Assembly (NCBI RefSeq): GCF_000181795.1
Contig: NW_003526941.1
Coordinates: 8,544,140 to 8,608,139, forward strand
Reading direction: 5' to 3'
Source: Trichinella spiralis
Taxonomy: Eukaryota
DNA length: 64,000 nt
Of this stretch, positions 51,577-64,000 are shown piece after piece (the stretch's first letter is position 1; each line of letters opens with the position of its first letter). Position numbers and translations under genes: made by a program. Under the pieces are notes generated by a model. That model was given only the letters and a program-made list of their open reading frames with translations, had not been told where the DNA came from and did not search any database.

Positions 51577-51792
51577 ATGATGGTTTACCAAGTGTCGCCA
51601 CCTGAAGAACCAGTAGTCTACACATTTAGCTGGCAGTTTTGGGTACTTCTACTGTTGTTCATCATTGTCACGAACATAATTTTAACTTTGCTTTATCGAG
51701 CGGTTTGTAAACTGGTGAAAATTACGCGCCTAAAGATTGTACAATCATTCTTCAAATCTACCAACGAATGCACCGAGAATTTACAACAATAG
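51577..51792 (+). CDS. Candidate 71-aa single-pass membrane microprotein
   Basis: ATG 26 nt after a TTTTCAG acceptor (51544-51550). MMVYQVSPPEEPVVYTFSWQ is followed by hydrophobic FWVLLLLFIIVTNIILTLLY and basic RAVCKLVKITRLK. Confidence 0.4.
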   Translation: MMVYQVSPPEEPVVYTFSWQFWVLLLLFIIVTNIILTLLYRAVCKLVKITRLKIVQSFFKSTNECTENLQQ

Positions 51793-52104
51793 CTGTACAC
51801 ACACACATATATATATATATACATATATTTGCTAGTCGTATATATATCGTATGCATTTGTTGAAATAAATTTCAAAATAAAAGAAAGGACAACAAAAAAA
51901 TTATACCTTTTTGTTTCAATTGAAAAGCAAGCATAAGCAATGTATAAGTGTAATAATAATTGCACGCACTGTACAATCGAATAGATTAGTTTACATGCGC
52001 ACAGTCATATATAATCATGATCAATAGCGAATATACTTCTAAGAAATGTACATTTCCACACAACTGTTCATCATAATAAAAATGATACCTCTAATGAAAA
52101 AAAT

Positions 52105-53403
52105 TTATCGCCTGAAAAAGTCTACCGCCGCGGATAAGAATTCACTTGGTCGATCCGTATGCACCCAATGACCAGCTTCGGCAATGCATTGAAAGCGTAA
52201 TTTAGGAAAAAAGTTCAACATGAACGGCACATCTGCGGGTCTGTGAACATTAAACAAAAATAACATCGAAATAAACTGAATTAAACCAATACGTAAGAAA
52301 AGGATAAATTTTTATTCAGCGAACAATCAATGTCAAAATGAAATCAAACCTTGCTTACTTAACGTAGTCTGAACGTTTGCCGTGAACAACGAACGTGGGA
52401 CCTTCAAACATGTTTTTCGATTCTACCTCATAGAAGAACATTTGCTGCAAATTATTTTCAATAGCACTGATGTTGAACTTCCACACTGGCTTTCCATGCT
52501 TGTCCAACATCAAACTCGTTAACAAGAAATGTGTCATTTCAGCATCCTAAAATTAACAGCACTTTTTTTCTGTTTCTCGCCAACAGCAGCAAAATTTAAC
52601 AATTTCATGAAACAAAATGAAAAAAAAACAAATTAATTAAATTTAAATCAAAATCAAATAGCATACTTGGATCACCGAAAACAGTTGCTGATAGGCAATC
52701 TTCCTGGCTTTGGTTAAATCCATCTGCGGCAATTCGCACTGATTCAGCGCTTTTAAGCAAAGTAGTACCGTCTCTTGCGGTTGATCAATTTTCTTTGGAA
52801 TCATATCTTCCAAAAGCAATTTGCCCAACAGTGATGGCTGATTGGAGAAGAAAAATCAACAAATACAAGCTTTAAATTGTGAATTTGAAAGAAAAATCAA
52901 TTTCGCTAATTTTACTTGACGCAGTGCCAAATGGGCCGCCACTTTGCCTCCCATACTGTGCCCGATGATTCCAAGTTGGTCACCGGCAATATTTAAATCT
53001 TTGATCAACGCGATCACGTCGTCGGCCATCTCTGGGACAGTCATGCTCCAATGATGAGGACTGTCGCCATGGTTTCTCAAATCCACAGCGAATACCTGAG
53101 CTGCGTCAAAGCTACATCGAACCGGTTAAATGTTCAACAGTCGCATTTGCATACCTTGCGATTCAATTTTTGACTCAGTGCGGCGCTCAAAGAACGCCAA
53201 TTTCCTTTGTGGCCAAATAAACCGTGCAATATAATAAGAGACCCTTTTGAGCTGTCATGTCGACCGAAATACGTTTTATACGCCAGAGGAAGACTATAAT
53301 CACTGAGCATTACAAACATTTCCATTACATTTGTACAAATAATGTCAACAAACCCATTAGTGCTGCACCACCTCACACTGCATAAAGCGTGTATGAAAAG
53401 CAT
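52105..53403 (-). CDS. ABHD11: Alpha/beta hydrolase domain-containing protein 11, multi-exon
   Basis: ILHGLFGHKGNW, VDLRNHGDSP, nucleophile motif GHSMGGK, WKFN, HGKRSDYV, AGHWVHTDRPSEF. Stop at 52105. Confidence 0.92.
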
Positions 53404-54287
53404 CTATAACTAGCAGCTAATTCAATCGACTGTTGAAAAAATATACAAAGCATTCACTGATAGAAAATCAACTATATTATACGTATATGCATGTATACGT
53501 CACTGAGTGATAAATTAAATTAAATTAAATATCACCATCATCATCATTCCACTATATTTATAACATACAGAATATTACATACGATAATAAAATACTATTT
53601 AATAAATTAAAAGCTCCATATATTTTCAACCGGCTTTCTCCGTCAACCAAGATGCACTTTTGCATATTTCTTCACGTCAGTGTACAGTATTCTTTTCTGT
53701 AAAGATAATAAAGAATTAATAACAACTGCAATGGATTTGTTTTCCAACAGTGATTTTACTGCATAATGATGGAAAAAAATCAGTATAATAATGATTAATA
53801 ATATTGCACGAATAGAAAATTGAACATTTCTACTCTTCATTCAGATATTATTGGCACAAAGTAAAAACAAATTCATACCTCATTCAATTGCAAAAAGCAA
53901 GTCATGCAGACCTGATTTGTGCAATTCATTATTTGATAACTTCCAATTGTGTTAGTATGAAGTGAGAAAAAAGTGAAAACTTGTTGTCGTTTCTAAACTG
54001 TAGTTCTTTATTTTTGTACATCACCGGGAAAAATTCAACTCTTACAAATAATTCTCTGCTCAGCAGCAACACGAGCAGCATACAAACATATGCACATAAT
54101 TGTGAACAGTGTAAAGAGTTCATAAAAAAAAAGAGACCGAGAAGATGAATAATAAATAGAGAAATAAAACTTTGAGCTGAGATTTCATTTTACTTGAGCA
54201 ACGCCCGCGGTGCACAAAAACATGGGATTAATTTTTTAAAAAAGAATTATAATAAACGTAAGTTTTTGTGCAAAAATAGAGGCGCGC

Positions 54288-57200
54288 CTACAAGTAGTCA
54301 TCGTCTGGTTCGGCTTGCAGAACCGGGCCGGATGATAAACTTGAAGGAAGCGAAGCCGCTTGACTGGACGATTCTCGTTGCAATGCTGTCGTCGTGGTTG
54401 TGGTCGTTGGGTTTGCATCCGTCGTTGTTTGGCGTCGTTTATTCTTCGCCTTTTTCAACATTGTTGCCTGGAATTAGCATTTCAAATTTCATCCAACCCA
54501 ATGAAGCAACACAATCAGTTCCACTGAAATCAATTATTATTATTATTATTATTGTTACCTTCAGCGCTGATTTGAGAATTGTGAACGTGCCCGGCGGCGA
54601 CATCTGCGGTTCACCGTCCACATGAACCGGCATGTCTGTGAACGTGGTAATTTTTACCTTTAAAAATGAAAAAAGAAAAAAGAAATATGAGAAGATGTGT
54701 TGAAATGAAAATAATAAAAACTGCTTTTACATGACCGCCTTGAGCAAGACGAATGCCTGAACTGAAACCTGCCTGCATCTGTCCCAAATGAACAATGCCT
54801 GTAATGCCAATCACTTCGAGAAGACCGTCATCGTGATTCGGTTTTGTGAAGCCAACTTCTTCCTTTTCCGGACCCCAAGGATTGGAACCAGAACCCCAAC
54901 TAAATTAATATCTCATTATTCTTCAGTAAATTGTTTTTTACGGGTCATATCATAATAAAATGCAAATGGATTGTGTTTTTTTTCACCAATACACAAACCT
55001 CATAATGTTCAAAATAATTATGCCTTCGAGACTGGGCAATTCGAACACTCTACCGTCGACTTCCAACTTAATTTTCCGTTGTATATCTCGACACAATTTT
55101 CGGTTGACCATTTTCTTCAGACCAATTCGTGCGTAGACGCCTTTATTGTGAATTCTGCAACAAAGTAAAAATGTACCAATATTATTATTAATATTATTTG
55201 TAATTTTTCTTCAAAAAGTCGGCAAATGAGAAGACACAAAAAAATCATCATTATCACCTGCTATTGAATTTGTCCGGATTCAGTTTGCGCGCTTTGTCAA
55301 AGCCTAAACAGACTTCAGCGTCCAAGCCAATGCCGAAATAGTTGTTCATGATAATCATCGACGTCTGATCTTCGGGATTGTTCATCGGCAAAGCTCGATC
55401 CGGGTTCTGCTCCAAGGCGCACGGCAATTCAGACGATGGCTCTTGTGGATGAAAAACCACCGTCCACCTGTGAAAACGAATATTTTCACATGCAAACTAC
55501 GAATAAACTGCAAAATCTATCGCTAAAATTTACCTATCCAAACGAACTTCATCCGCCTCTATGATATCTTTCAATATTTGAAGCGGATCTTCTTGACCTG
55601 TATATCCTGAACCCCAACGAAGTACTCTAGCCAAATCATTGCCTGAAACAAACACAGAAACAATTCATTATTAATTCATTATTTCTAAAAACTGAAACCT
55701 GTGCCCAACGGTAGCAATGCGCAAGGTGGTGATGAGCAGACCGAATCTTGACCGACAATATCCAAACACTGAAGCACCCATCCAGCCGTTCCGTCACCAC
55801 CGCAGACGAGAATTTTATATTTCGGAACATTTCGAAACACATAAAGTCTACAGATAATTATTTGAATAATTATTCGATCAATCAATTCTGATGATGAAGA
55901 AAAAAAAAACAACGTACGCAACCAACGGTCCACCGTTCATCACGTCAAAAACTTGGAACGGATTGAGCAGCTTGCGAAACGACCGAATCAATTCAGCTCC
56001 TTGACAACCACCACTGCGCATGTTCACCAGCACCACCAAAGGCTCCACGTCGGCAGGAATCATGTGCGCCTTGAAAAAATTAACATATGAACAACAGTTT
56101 TTTAAAAAGAAAACAACATTTTCTATTTCACGCATATTTTTCTCCATTCCGATGTTGTTTTGCTTTTCTTCGAATCAAAATGACAGTTTAAGTTTAAAAT
56201 TAAATTACAAAAATACCTGTATATTTGGAAGGCAAAGTACGAGCAATTTTCGTTCCTCATAGCTGACATCTTGCAATTTTAGGCAAACTTTTGTCGCCAC
56301 TTTGGGTGAATTGAACGTCATCACCAAAGAACCATATTCAAAGTAAATCGGACCAATTGCACTGAACGGTCTCGCTTGAAATGCAAACAACAAATTATCA
56401 AAAAGAAAAAATAATCTCTGCTTGTTTGGGTAGGGGGGATTTTTTTTACTTTCCGTTTCAAGCAATCGCAACAGTATTTTTTCGTACTGCTTCTGGGTCA
56501 ATGTCGGTGGTAAGTTGGCAACGAACAACGACACGGTCGAACCGTGAGGATCTTCTTTCTCTTGCAAATAGTACCGAGTGGACAAATATCGTTTCAACGA
56601 ATTCTGATGGACAAGCACAAAAGAAAAACGTAAAAAAGAGATGCAAAAATGAACAAAACTACAAAACTCTACTACAACAAAACAGCACTTACTCGTTGCT
56701 GTGCGAGCAGCAAAGGCATCACAGGCTCTAGAGGATCCAGTGTCTTTTCAACCACTGAAATGAAAAAAGAAAATTCAAATCAAATCAAATCAAAGTGAGA
56801 AAAGCAAAACTACCAACTCACCTCCACGACTGAGTTCCACTTCGACCAAATTGTACATGCTACTGCTGAGACTTGGCATGCCAACTTGAGACAGCGCTTC
56901 AGAGATCACCTCGTCAGTTGTAGTTGTTGGAGTGATGGTTACAGTGCAAAATGTGATAGGTATACGTAGCCAACCGCCGTATACTTTCAAAGTGATCGTT
57001 TCATCGCAGTTCGGGTTGTTGTAACGTAGAAAAAGTGACAACCTGCCATTTTGTGAATTTCGAATTCCTTTCAACGGTTCCCCTCTCTCTAGAGGATATT
57101 CCACGATACGATCTATATAAAATCCAAAATCATGCAGCATATACATGTACGCCATGTATTTTTTTCCAAGAAAACAAATATTACCATCTACTTCTTTGAT

Positions 57201-60200
57201 ATAGGTCAGCATATAGTAAGCTGGATTGTCATAAATATGAAATGATCGCAGTATAGCTTCCTGCAAGTGTAAATGAAATGAAATGAAATTGGCAATTGAA
57301 GTAATACTTGGGGCAACAATGATTTTTTAGAAAAAAACAACTGCTAAAACGTTCTCTCAAATAATAACATAATGATGTACTTACAAGGATTTGATCCAAT
57401 GATGCTGACCTCGGAACGCTACACGTGCGGAAAACGTTATTTTCATAAGATACATTTCCATCGTACACTCGTAAAATTTCATCTACAAACAGAACAGAAC
57501 GAATAGAACAACAGCAATAATAATAATAATATTGTCAACATTTTTTAAAATGCAGCTTACTGTCATCCTTTTCTCGATTTGGATCTTCTAGAAGTGAGCT
57601 GGAAAAATCTTCGGAATTTTTCGATGGTGAAACTGGAACTTCTTTTTCTCGCCGTTTAATGCTCAGCAAGAGTTCCATGGGTAACTCAGCCCGTGGTATG
57701 GTCAAACAATTCGGGGGTAACATGATCGGTCGTAGGGGACCAAAATCACAGTCGGTTACAATTTGTCGATAACAAATGGCATGCGCCTGAAAAACAATAA
57801 CCAATGAATATAGAAAATGGCAAAAAGAAAAGAAGAAGAAGAAGATGATGATGATGGAAATTTTTTTCTGTTACCGTCCGATTGCACCACTGACATCGCA
57901 TACCAGCTAAACATTCCGAAGACCAACAACTCTTGCGACATACTGTACACTTGGAACCAGGATTCAAATTCCCTTCTCTCCAATGATGACGCTGCCGCTG
58001 AGTAGTCTTGAAAATAATTAATAAAAATAAATATTTATTCCTCCAATACAAAGCAACAACGTTGCTGTTATTTTCATGTGTACATAAATAAAACCACACA
58101 CGGGTTAAAAAACAGTAACAGCTTACCGGTTCTAAGCTAGAGATGAACGTGCTCGCCTCGCGGCAATCACTCACTGCCAAATCCAGACAATCCACGTGCA
58201 CGTAGTAGTCACATACTAAAAAGAAAAAATGCATTTTTCTTTCATTCAAACAACAATAATAACTAAAAACTGAGGCAAAAATACATTTCCTACATTGTGC
58301 ACTGAAAAATCACTGAAGTAATGCAGAGAATGGAAATTCAAAAAATAAAAAAATTAGCAACTCACCTTCACATTCGACCGATTCAACGTCGTCAGTTTTC
58401 TTCCGACACACGAGACAAAATTTTCTTTTCACAAACCCAGGCTCTGACCAGCAGTGAGCAACGGGATTCTTTACAAAAATGAAAATTATTCAAAAATAAG
58501 AATTGTGCATTTTATTTTTAGTTTTGTCTGTGCTTTGTAATTATCAAAAATACTTTAAATCAACATATATCTCAGTAACGTTGTAATAGGATAAATTTCT
58601 TTGCAACATTACAAAAGTTGAGTGTGCAAAAAAGTAATAAAAAGTTTCATCTTATTTCATTCATTCATTCATTATTTAAAGTAACAATCAGCATTTTGTG
58701 CTTTTTAAAATTGCACCTAAACGGCTGAAAATTATTCCATGTGTTGTTCAGGATTTTCAATTGGAAAATTGCAAATAAAATCCTCACGATTTTAAAATTT
58801 AACCATTAAATGTTGAAAACACAAACAGAAGAACAAAGATCTGCAAGCACACATACGCCTACACCTACATCTACATCTACATATGCATACATATCCACAT
58901 TACAGTGGTAAATCGGATTCATCGATTTTGACAAAGTAAATATAATGTGGAAAACTTTTCGACCAACTGTTACAGATGAAAAGCAGTTCAGTTGATCCAT
59001 CTTGAATATGTATTAATTGAGAGGTGCTCTGAAAGTCAATAAGCATTGCTGCTTGAGCAAATTCTGATTCTTGGTTCTGATTTTGCAAAGAAAATTGAAC
59101 AATATTCATCCATCAACCGACGAATGACTGAATAAATAAATAAATTTAATTCCAATGCCCATCTTCTCAGTTTAACAACTTTAACAAAAATGAAACAGAA
59201 ATAATACACAGTAAACAATAAGAATAATAATATATCTTTTCTATACAATTAATTCTCAGCGAAAGTGTTCGGCTATTTGTTCTTCATTTATGAAAATATC
59301 AAGAGAATAATAAAAAAGCTGAACAATCGACGATTTTCATAATGTTTTTTTGAAATAATAATAATTATTATTATCTAAATTCTTTAATCAAAGAAAATAA
59401 ACAATCTGATTCTGTGCTCATGACAGCTTATGCATTTATAATACAGTATCGGTGAAAAGCAGAAGCTATCGACGTTCGAAAAATTTCCCATTCAAAAGCG
59501 CTCCCCCATAATATGTTGAAAAATTGAAAAGCAAAAGAAAGCAAAAATAAAAAAAATAAAATTCTTACCTTGATGAGCTGCATAGCGATACCAGAGCAAA
59601 AAGAGGCCACCGTTTTAAGGCATTTTTCGTGACAAATGAAATTGCAAGCTAAACATAATAAACAAAATTATTATTATTATTATTATTATTGCAATCAGTG
59701 CTAAATGAGTAAGAAAATTGAAAAAAAAATATTTTCATAAACAAGTCAACAACGATTTTACGTCAAATTTCATTAAGCTGAAAGAAGCCAAAAAGAGAAA
59801 AAAACAACAATAACAAAGCATATAATCTGTGCAATTATATTAAAAATAAAAAAAACAATGATAAAAATAAATTCTGCACTTCATGCTCAGAAAGGAGAAA
59901 ATCAATATAACTGACAGAATACATCCATCCTCCGTCCGTCCGATTTCTCAATCACTCGAAATGCAAAAGCACACATCAAAGTGCATTATCAAAAAAAATT
60001 GTTTTTTTTGTTTTCAATAAGCTCTCCTAATTCCTTTCTATTATAATTTCTGTACAACAATGAAAATGTATTGTGATAATTTAAAAAATTACACTTTTCA
60101 CAAAAGTGTTGTTATTTTCCAATTTATTAGGTTTCAACTTTTTCAGTTAACTGACATGCTGCTATAGAGGTTGTTTGAAGCAAACACAAAATTCTATTTT

Positions 60201-60526
60201 ATGATTGTAATAATAGTAATAATAATAATAATAATAACTTTGCTGTAAACCAAGTCGAATCGATCGATTGTTGGAGTTAAATTTTAAAAGGGGTAGAAAT
60301 GTGAAATTGTAGAATCAACTAAACGGCAATCGATTCTCATCGCGACAAGCGTCTTGTCTTCCCAACTCGAGGGATTTGTCGCAACAGTTCCAACCGCGCT
60401 GTTGCGGCGGCACAGCATGCCAACAAGCTCAGCCATCAATGGAAAAGTAGATTTACCACAAACTATTGCACGCAAATGTACACATATGTCCGTATATTAA
60501 TTAAAACAATGTACATTCAACCTCGG

Positions 60527-60564
<38 letters not shown>

Positions 60565-63500
60565 GCAGTGCATAATGGATTCGTCGTAAATGCATCATTT
60601 TCCAAGAAGTTCAATTCACAAATTTATTTGAATGAATAAATAAGAATGAATGAAGGGAAGGAAGATTTGCAAACCCAAAATTGAAAACGCTGTACAAAGT
60701 TGAATTCACTCATTCTGGTATTGGAATGTTTAATTTCTAGCCAATCGTCATTAATAGAATTAACAGTTTGAATGGAAAAGAAGAGAAAATACTACTAGTA
60801 ATAATAAGTAAAAGAAAAGGGAAAAAAGGAATTAAACATCTCAAAGTGAAAATTGATCACAACAATTCTAAAACGTACGCAAGAGAATTGATTATTTGTC
60901 ATATTAAACAAAGCTGTTGAAGTCATCTAGTCACAGCTATCAATTGTACTACCACTACTACTGCTGCTGATGCTTTTGCAATTACTTCATAACAAAGAAT
61001 TTTCTCATCAAAAAGCATATAACCTTTAGCAAATTTCCAAAATCCACCTTAATATTTAAAAAATATATACGTATTAAATCTGAAGATAATAATGATCAAT
61101 GCTCTACTACATTTTTAAAAATGAATTATTAAAATAAAAATCCCTCATCTAACGTTTTCAACAAATATTTCATTATATGGAAAGGGAATAATTTTATTTT
61201 TGTCATTAAAATATTTAAAAAAATCCAATTCTTTGGAAAAATCAAATTGCACAATAAAAGTTCATTGAAAATAATTGCATGCTGAAGTGTGGTGATGATG
61301 ATGATGAATTTACACTTTCGCGTGTTCTTGTCATGCATTCAATTCGTTAATTGAAAAATTCATTATAGTTTAGAAATTAATAAATTATCATATTGAATAC
61401 TTCTCTCCCGAACAGAATACGAATAAAACATGAAATATTTGCAAAATTACGAAATAACGAAAACCAACAGAACAAGCTAAGCTTGTTTTCGTAAATTGAA
61501 GCATTTCCTAGACGCTGGCTGAATGGTAATAAAAGAGAAAAATTACAAGGGAGAAAAAAATCTTCTGTTCTCATGTCCCAAGAATAAATAAGCATACGTT
61601 ATTTCAAATTTACACAAACAATAAAAGGACAACCAAGATGATGATGTGCGGATATTGTGCACCTATGCAAATGCATATTTACAATATAAATAAAGTAACA
61701 GATACAAAGAAGAAGCAGAAGAAGGAAAGCGAGGGGGGGGGGAAAGAAAGATTGCAAAATCATTTTCTCTTGTTACTCCAAAGAGTAATTCGAAAGATCC
61801 ATCTTGTGCACGGAGCTCAGTAAACACGTTCAAATCCAATTACGCGTTCAATGAACGCAAGCGCATCGCTTAATGAAATGAGCAATATTACCAATGTTTT
61901 CTTTGAATTTCAACTTTATGCTACTTTTATACAAAAATTATGCTTAGTAATATCATTTTTTCAATAGCAAAAAAACCGACTACCCGTTATGCAATAATAT
62001 ATATACTCTCTCTCTCTCTTTCTCCTTCTGTTGCTGTACAACAACACATCTCTTGTATAAATAAATAAATAAATATATATATATGCCTATAAAAAATACA
62101 CTGAGTAATAATAATAATAGTTGTATTTTTTCTGCACATCCATTTTTCATGTGAATAAATAAATGTGAATATATTCGAAAATGGGGTGGAGAATTGTTTT
62201 CAAATTGATTGTGAAAATTTCCTTTCAAAGCTGAATATGAAATTCCACTTTTCCACACCATTCATGCATGCGTTGCAGCCACCATTATCCGGTTGAAATT
62301 GGTGCGCATATTTTTTTTTGTTTCCTCCTTCCCTGAAAAATGTCCAGCTGAAAACGTTGCTTTGTTGCTCTGGCAAAGCCTTTTCTCTGTACAATGGCAA
62401 CTTGAAATTAAAATTCAATTCAATCGATAACAATTTTAATCGCCAGAAACGTCCATTTCATGCTCAAATTCACTTTCGCGTCACAATTTTACAATTGCAA
62501 TAAAGTCTCTCGTCGTCGTCGTGCTCAGTTCACTTTTTCTCGAGAAACACATCATGCAAAAATTGTCTGACTTCAATTTTTTTCTCCCATCACAAACATT
62601 TTACTCTGCTTAATATGAGCATGTAAATCGGCATTGTTTTCCACATCAAATGCTAATAATAATCATAATAATATATCTCGCAGATTTCCACAGAAAAGCG
62701 ACTTCAAATGCAATGAAATTTATCCCAATCAAATTACATTACATTACATTACACATCTTTTTATCAATTAAGCTAGTAGAAGCATTTGAATCTTAATATC
62801 AGAAAAAAAAACAATACAATCCAGTTATAGTTTTTGAAATCATTAGCCACTTGAATGTAATAATTTACAATTGGATAATTTTGCATTAAAATAAATAATG
62901 CTAAACTGAAGAAGAAGAAGAAGAAAAAATTTCTGCCGTCAATGTCGAGTATGCGAAACTTTTTTTCGTATACATTATTCTAAAAGCAAGCAGTTTTGTC
63001 GTGAAATCAGCCAAGTGAAAGAAAGTCTCTCCACTGCGGAACGTCACAAGCATTTTAGCCATTTGGTTGTCTTGGCATTCGGTATAATAAGTTGGGTGAT
63101 TTGAAGCAAAAAAAATGAAAGAAAAGAAAAACCAAAGGAAAAGCCTCATCCGGCTGCAAGCGGTGCTAATTCGCATCGCGTGAAATCAAATTTTCCATAT
63201 TCGAAATCGATTCAAATCGAATCTTCGAATGGCGCATTCGATTTTTCCCATTAACTATTTTTTCCAACGTCTAAATTGGCTCCAAATACCGGCTCCTTAA
63301 TGTCTGGGGCACGCGTTAGCAAATTTCACCCACCTCCGTCGATTATTAAGTTCATCTGAATTAGTTCGTGAAGAAGAAAAAAAAAGTACAAAATAAAATT
63401 CATACGTAAATTCACAAAGCGAAAGAAAAATATAAATTTTTTCCAAATAATTAAACATATAAAATTAATGGAATTTTTTGTCGAGTAAATGTAGAAAAAG

Positions 63501-64000
63501 AAAAAAAAATACAATTAAAATATCCCAGAAATAAGAGAGCGGAGAAAAAATTGCTTTCCACAGTGCTTTTGACAAAAGCAGAAGATTTCACTGATACGTT
63601 GGATTTGGATTTAAATCATCCTTCCCATATTCGGAAAATTGTAAACAAACTATAAATGCAGCAGCAAATGCATTACTTGGTCGGATGACCAGCTTAACCG
63701 GAGAAAAGCACAGTGATGCTAAATTAGAAAGCTTTGGAATGGAAATGAATTGATTAATTCAACGTGCAAAGTATCATATTTTTGGAAAAGTGCCCCCCGA
63801 AACAAAGCATAATAAATAAGAAGAAAGGCAGATAAACACGTCAGAAGAATACACGCGTTCCAAATAAAGTCAACAAGCCAATAATAAGAAGAATATAATA
63901 CAAACAACAACTAAATGCTTACTTACTTTCACAAATATAACCTTGGCTCAAGATGCCCCAAAACAAATCGCAGCAATGATGGCAGTGAATTGGCTTGCCG
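54288..64000 (-). CDS. DGKQ: Diacylglycerol kinase theta (DGK-1 orthologue), 5'-partial, multi-exon
   Basis: C1 exons: 64000-63927 ([24 protein letters not shown]), about 59648-59588 ([11 protein letters not shown]), NPVAHCW...FCLVCRK and HHWREGNL...[16 protein letters not shown]-like and RRM-like (LFVANLPP) segments follow. Catalytic motifs [44 protein letters not shown]. Ends EPDDDYL* at 54288. Confidence 0.96.
60527..60564. repeat. (TAC)n microsatellite in the long DGK intron
   Basis: About 12 perfect TAC units. Confidence 0.9.

Noticed and set aside
59650..63926. Short ORFs suggesting a nested gene in the 4.3 kb DGK intron
   Set aside because: Low-complexity F/I/L/K-rich translations typical of AT-rich intron DNA, with no coherent exon chain.

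Overview
AT-rich eukaryotic scaffold with compact multi-exon genes (most introns 50-200 bp). It is most likely a basal (clade I, Trichinella-like) nematode. That is an inference from protein similarity, intron style and a U12-type intron. Positions 1-6363 hold no gene I can recognise and begin with a short minisatellite. Positions 6364-23939 and 23950-40931 are two near-identical ~17 kb copies joined by a 10-N gap, most likely uncollapsed haplotypes. Each copy carries, on the minus strand, NAT10, a secreted-type trehalase, a highly divergent catalase-like gene and CAB39/MO25 (complete only in copy 2). The single-copy remainder holds an intronless 226-aa orphan ORF, a C16orf89/DUF4735-like gene head-to-head with WDHD1/AND-1, a candidate single-TM microprotein, ABHD11 and the 3' part of diacylglycerol kinase theta. 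Two observations stand out. (1) A 9-exon, ~417-aa catalase-fold gene whose frame is intact but which appears to have lost the distal His, the catalytic Asn and the proximal Tyr segment, making it a candidate pseudo-catalase. (2) A clear AT-AC U12-type minor intron in NAT10. All homology calls come from manual splicing and remembered family motifs; no database search was run.
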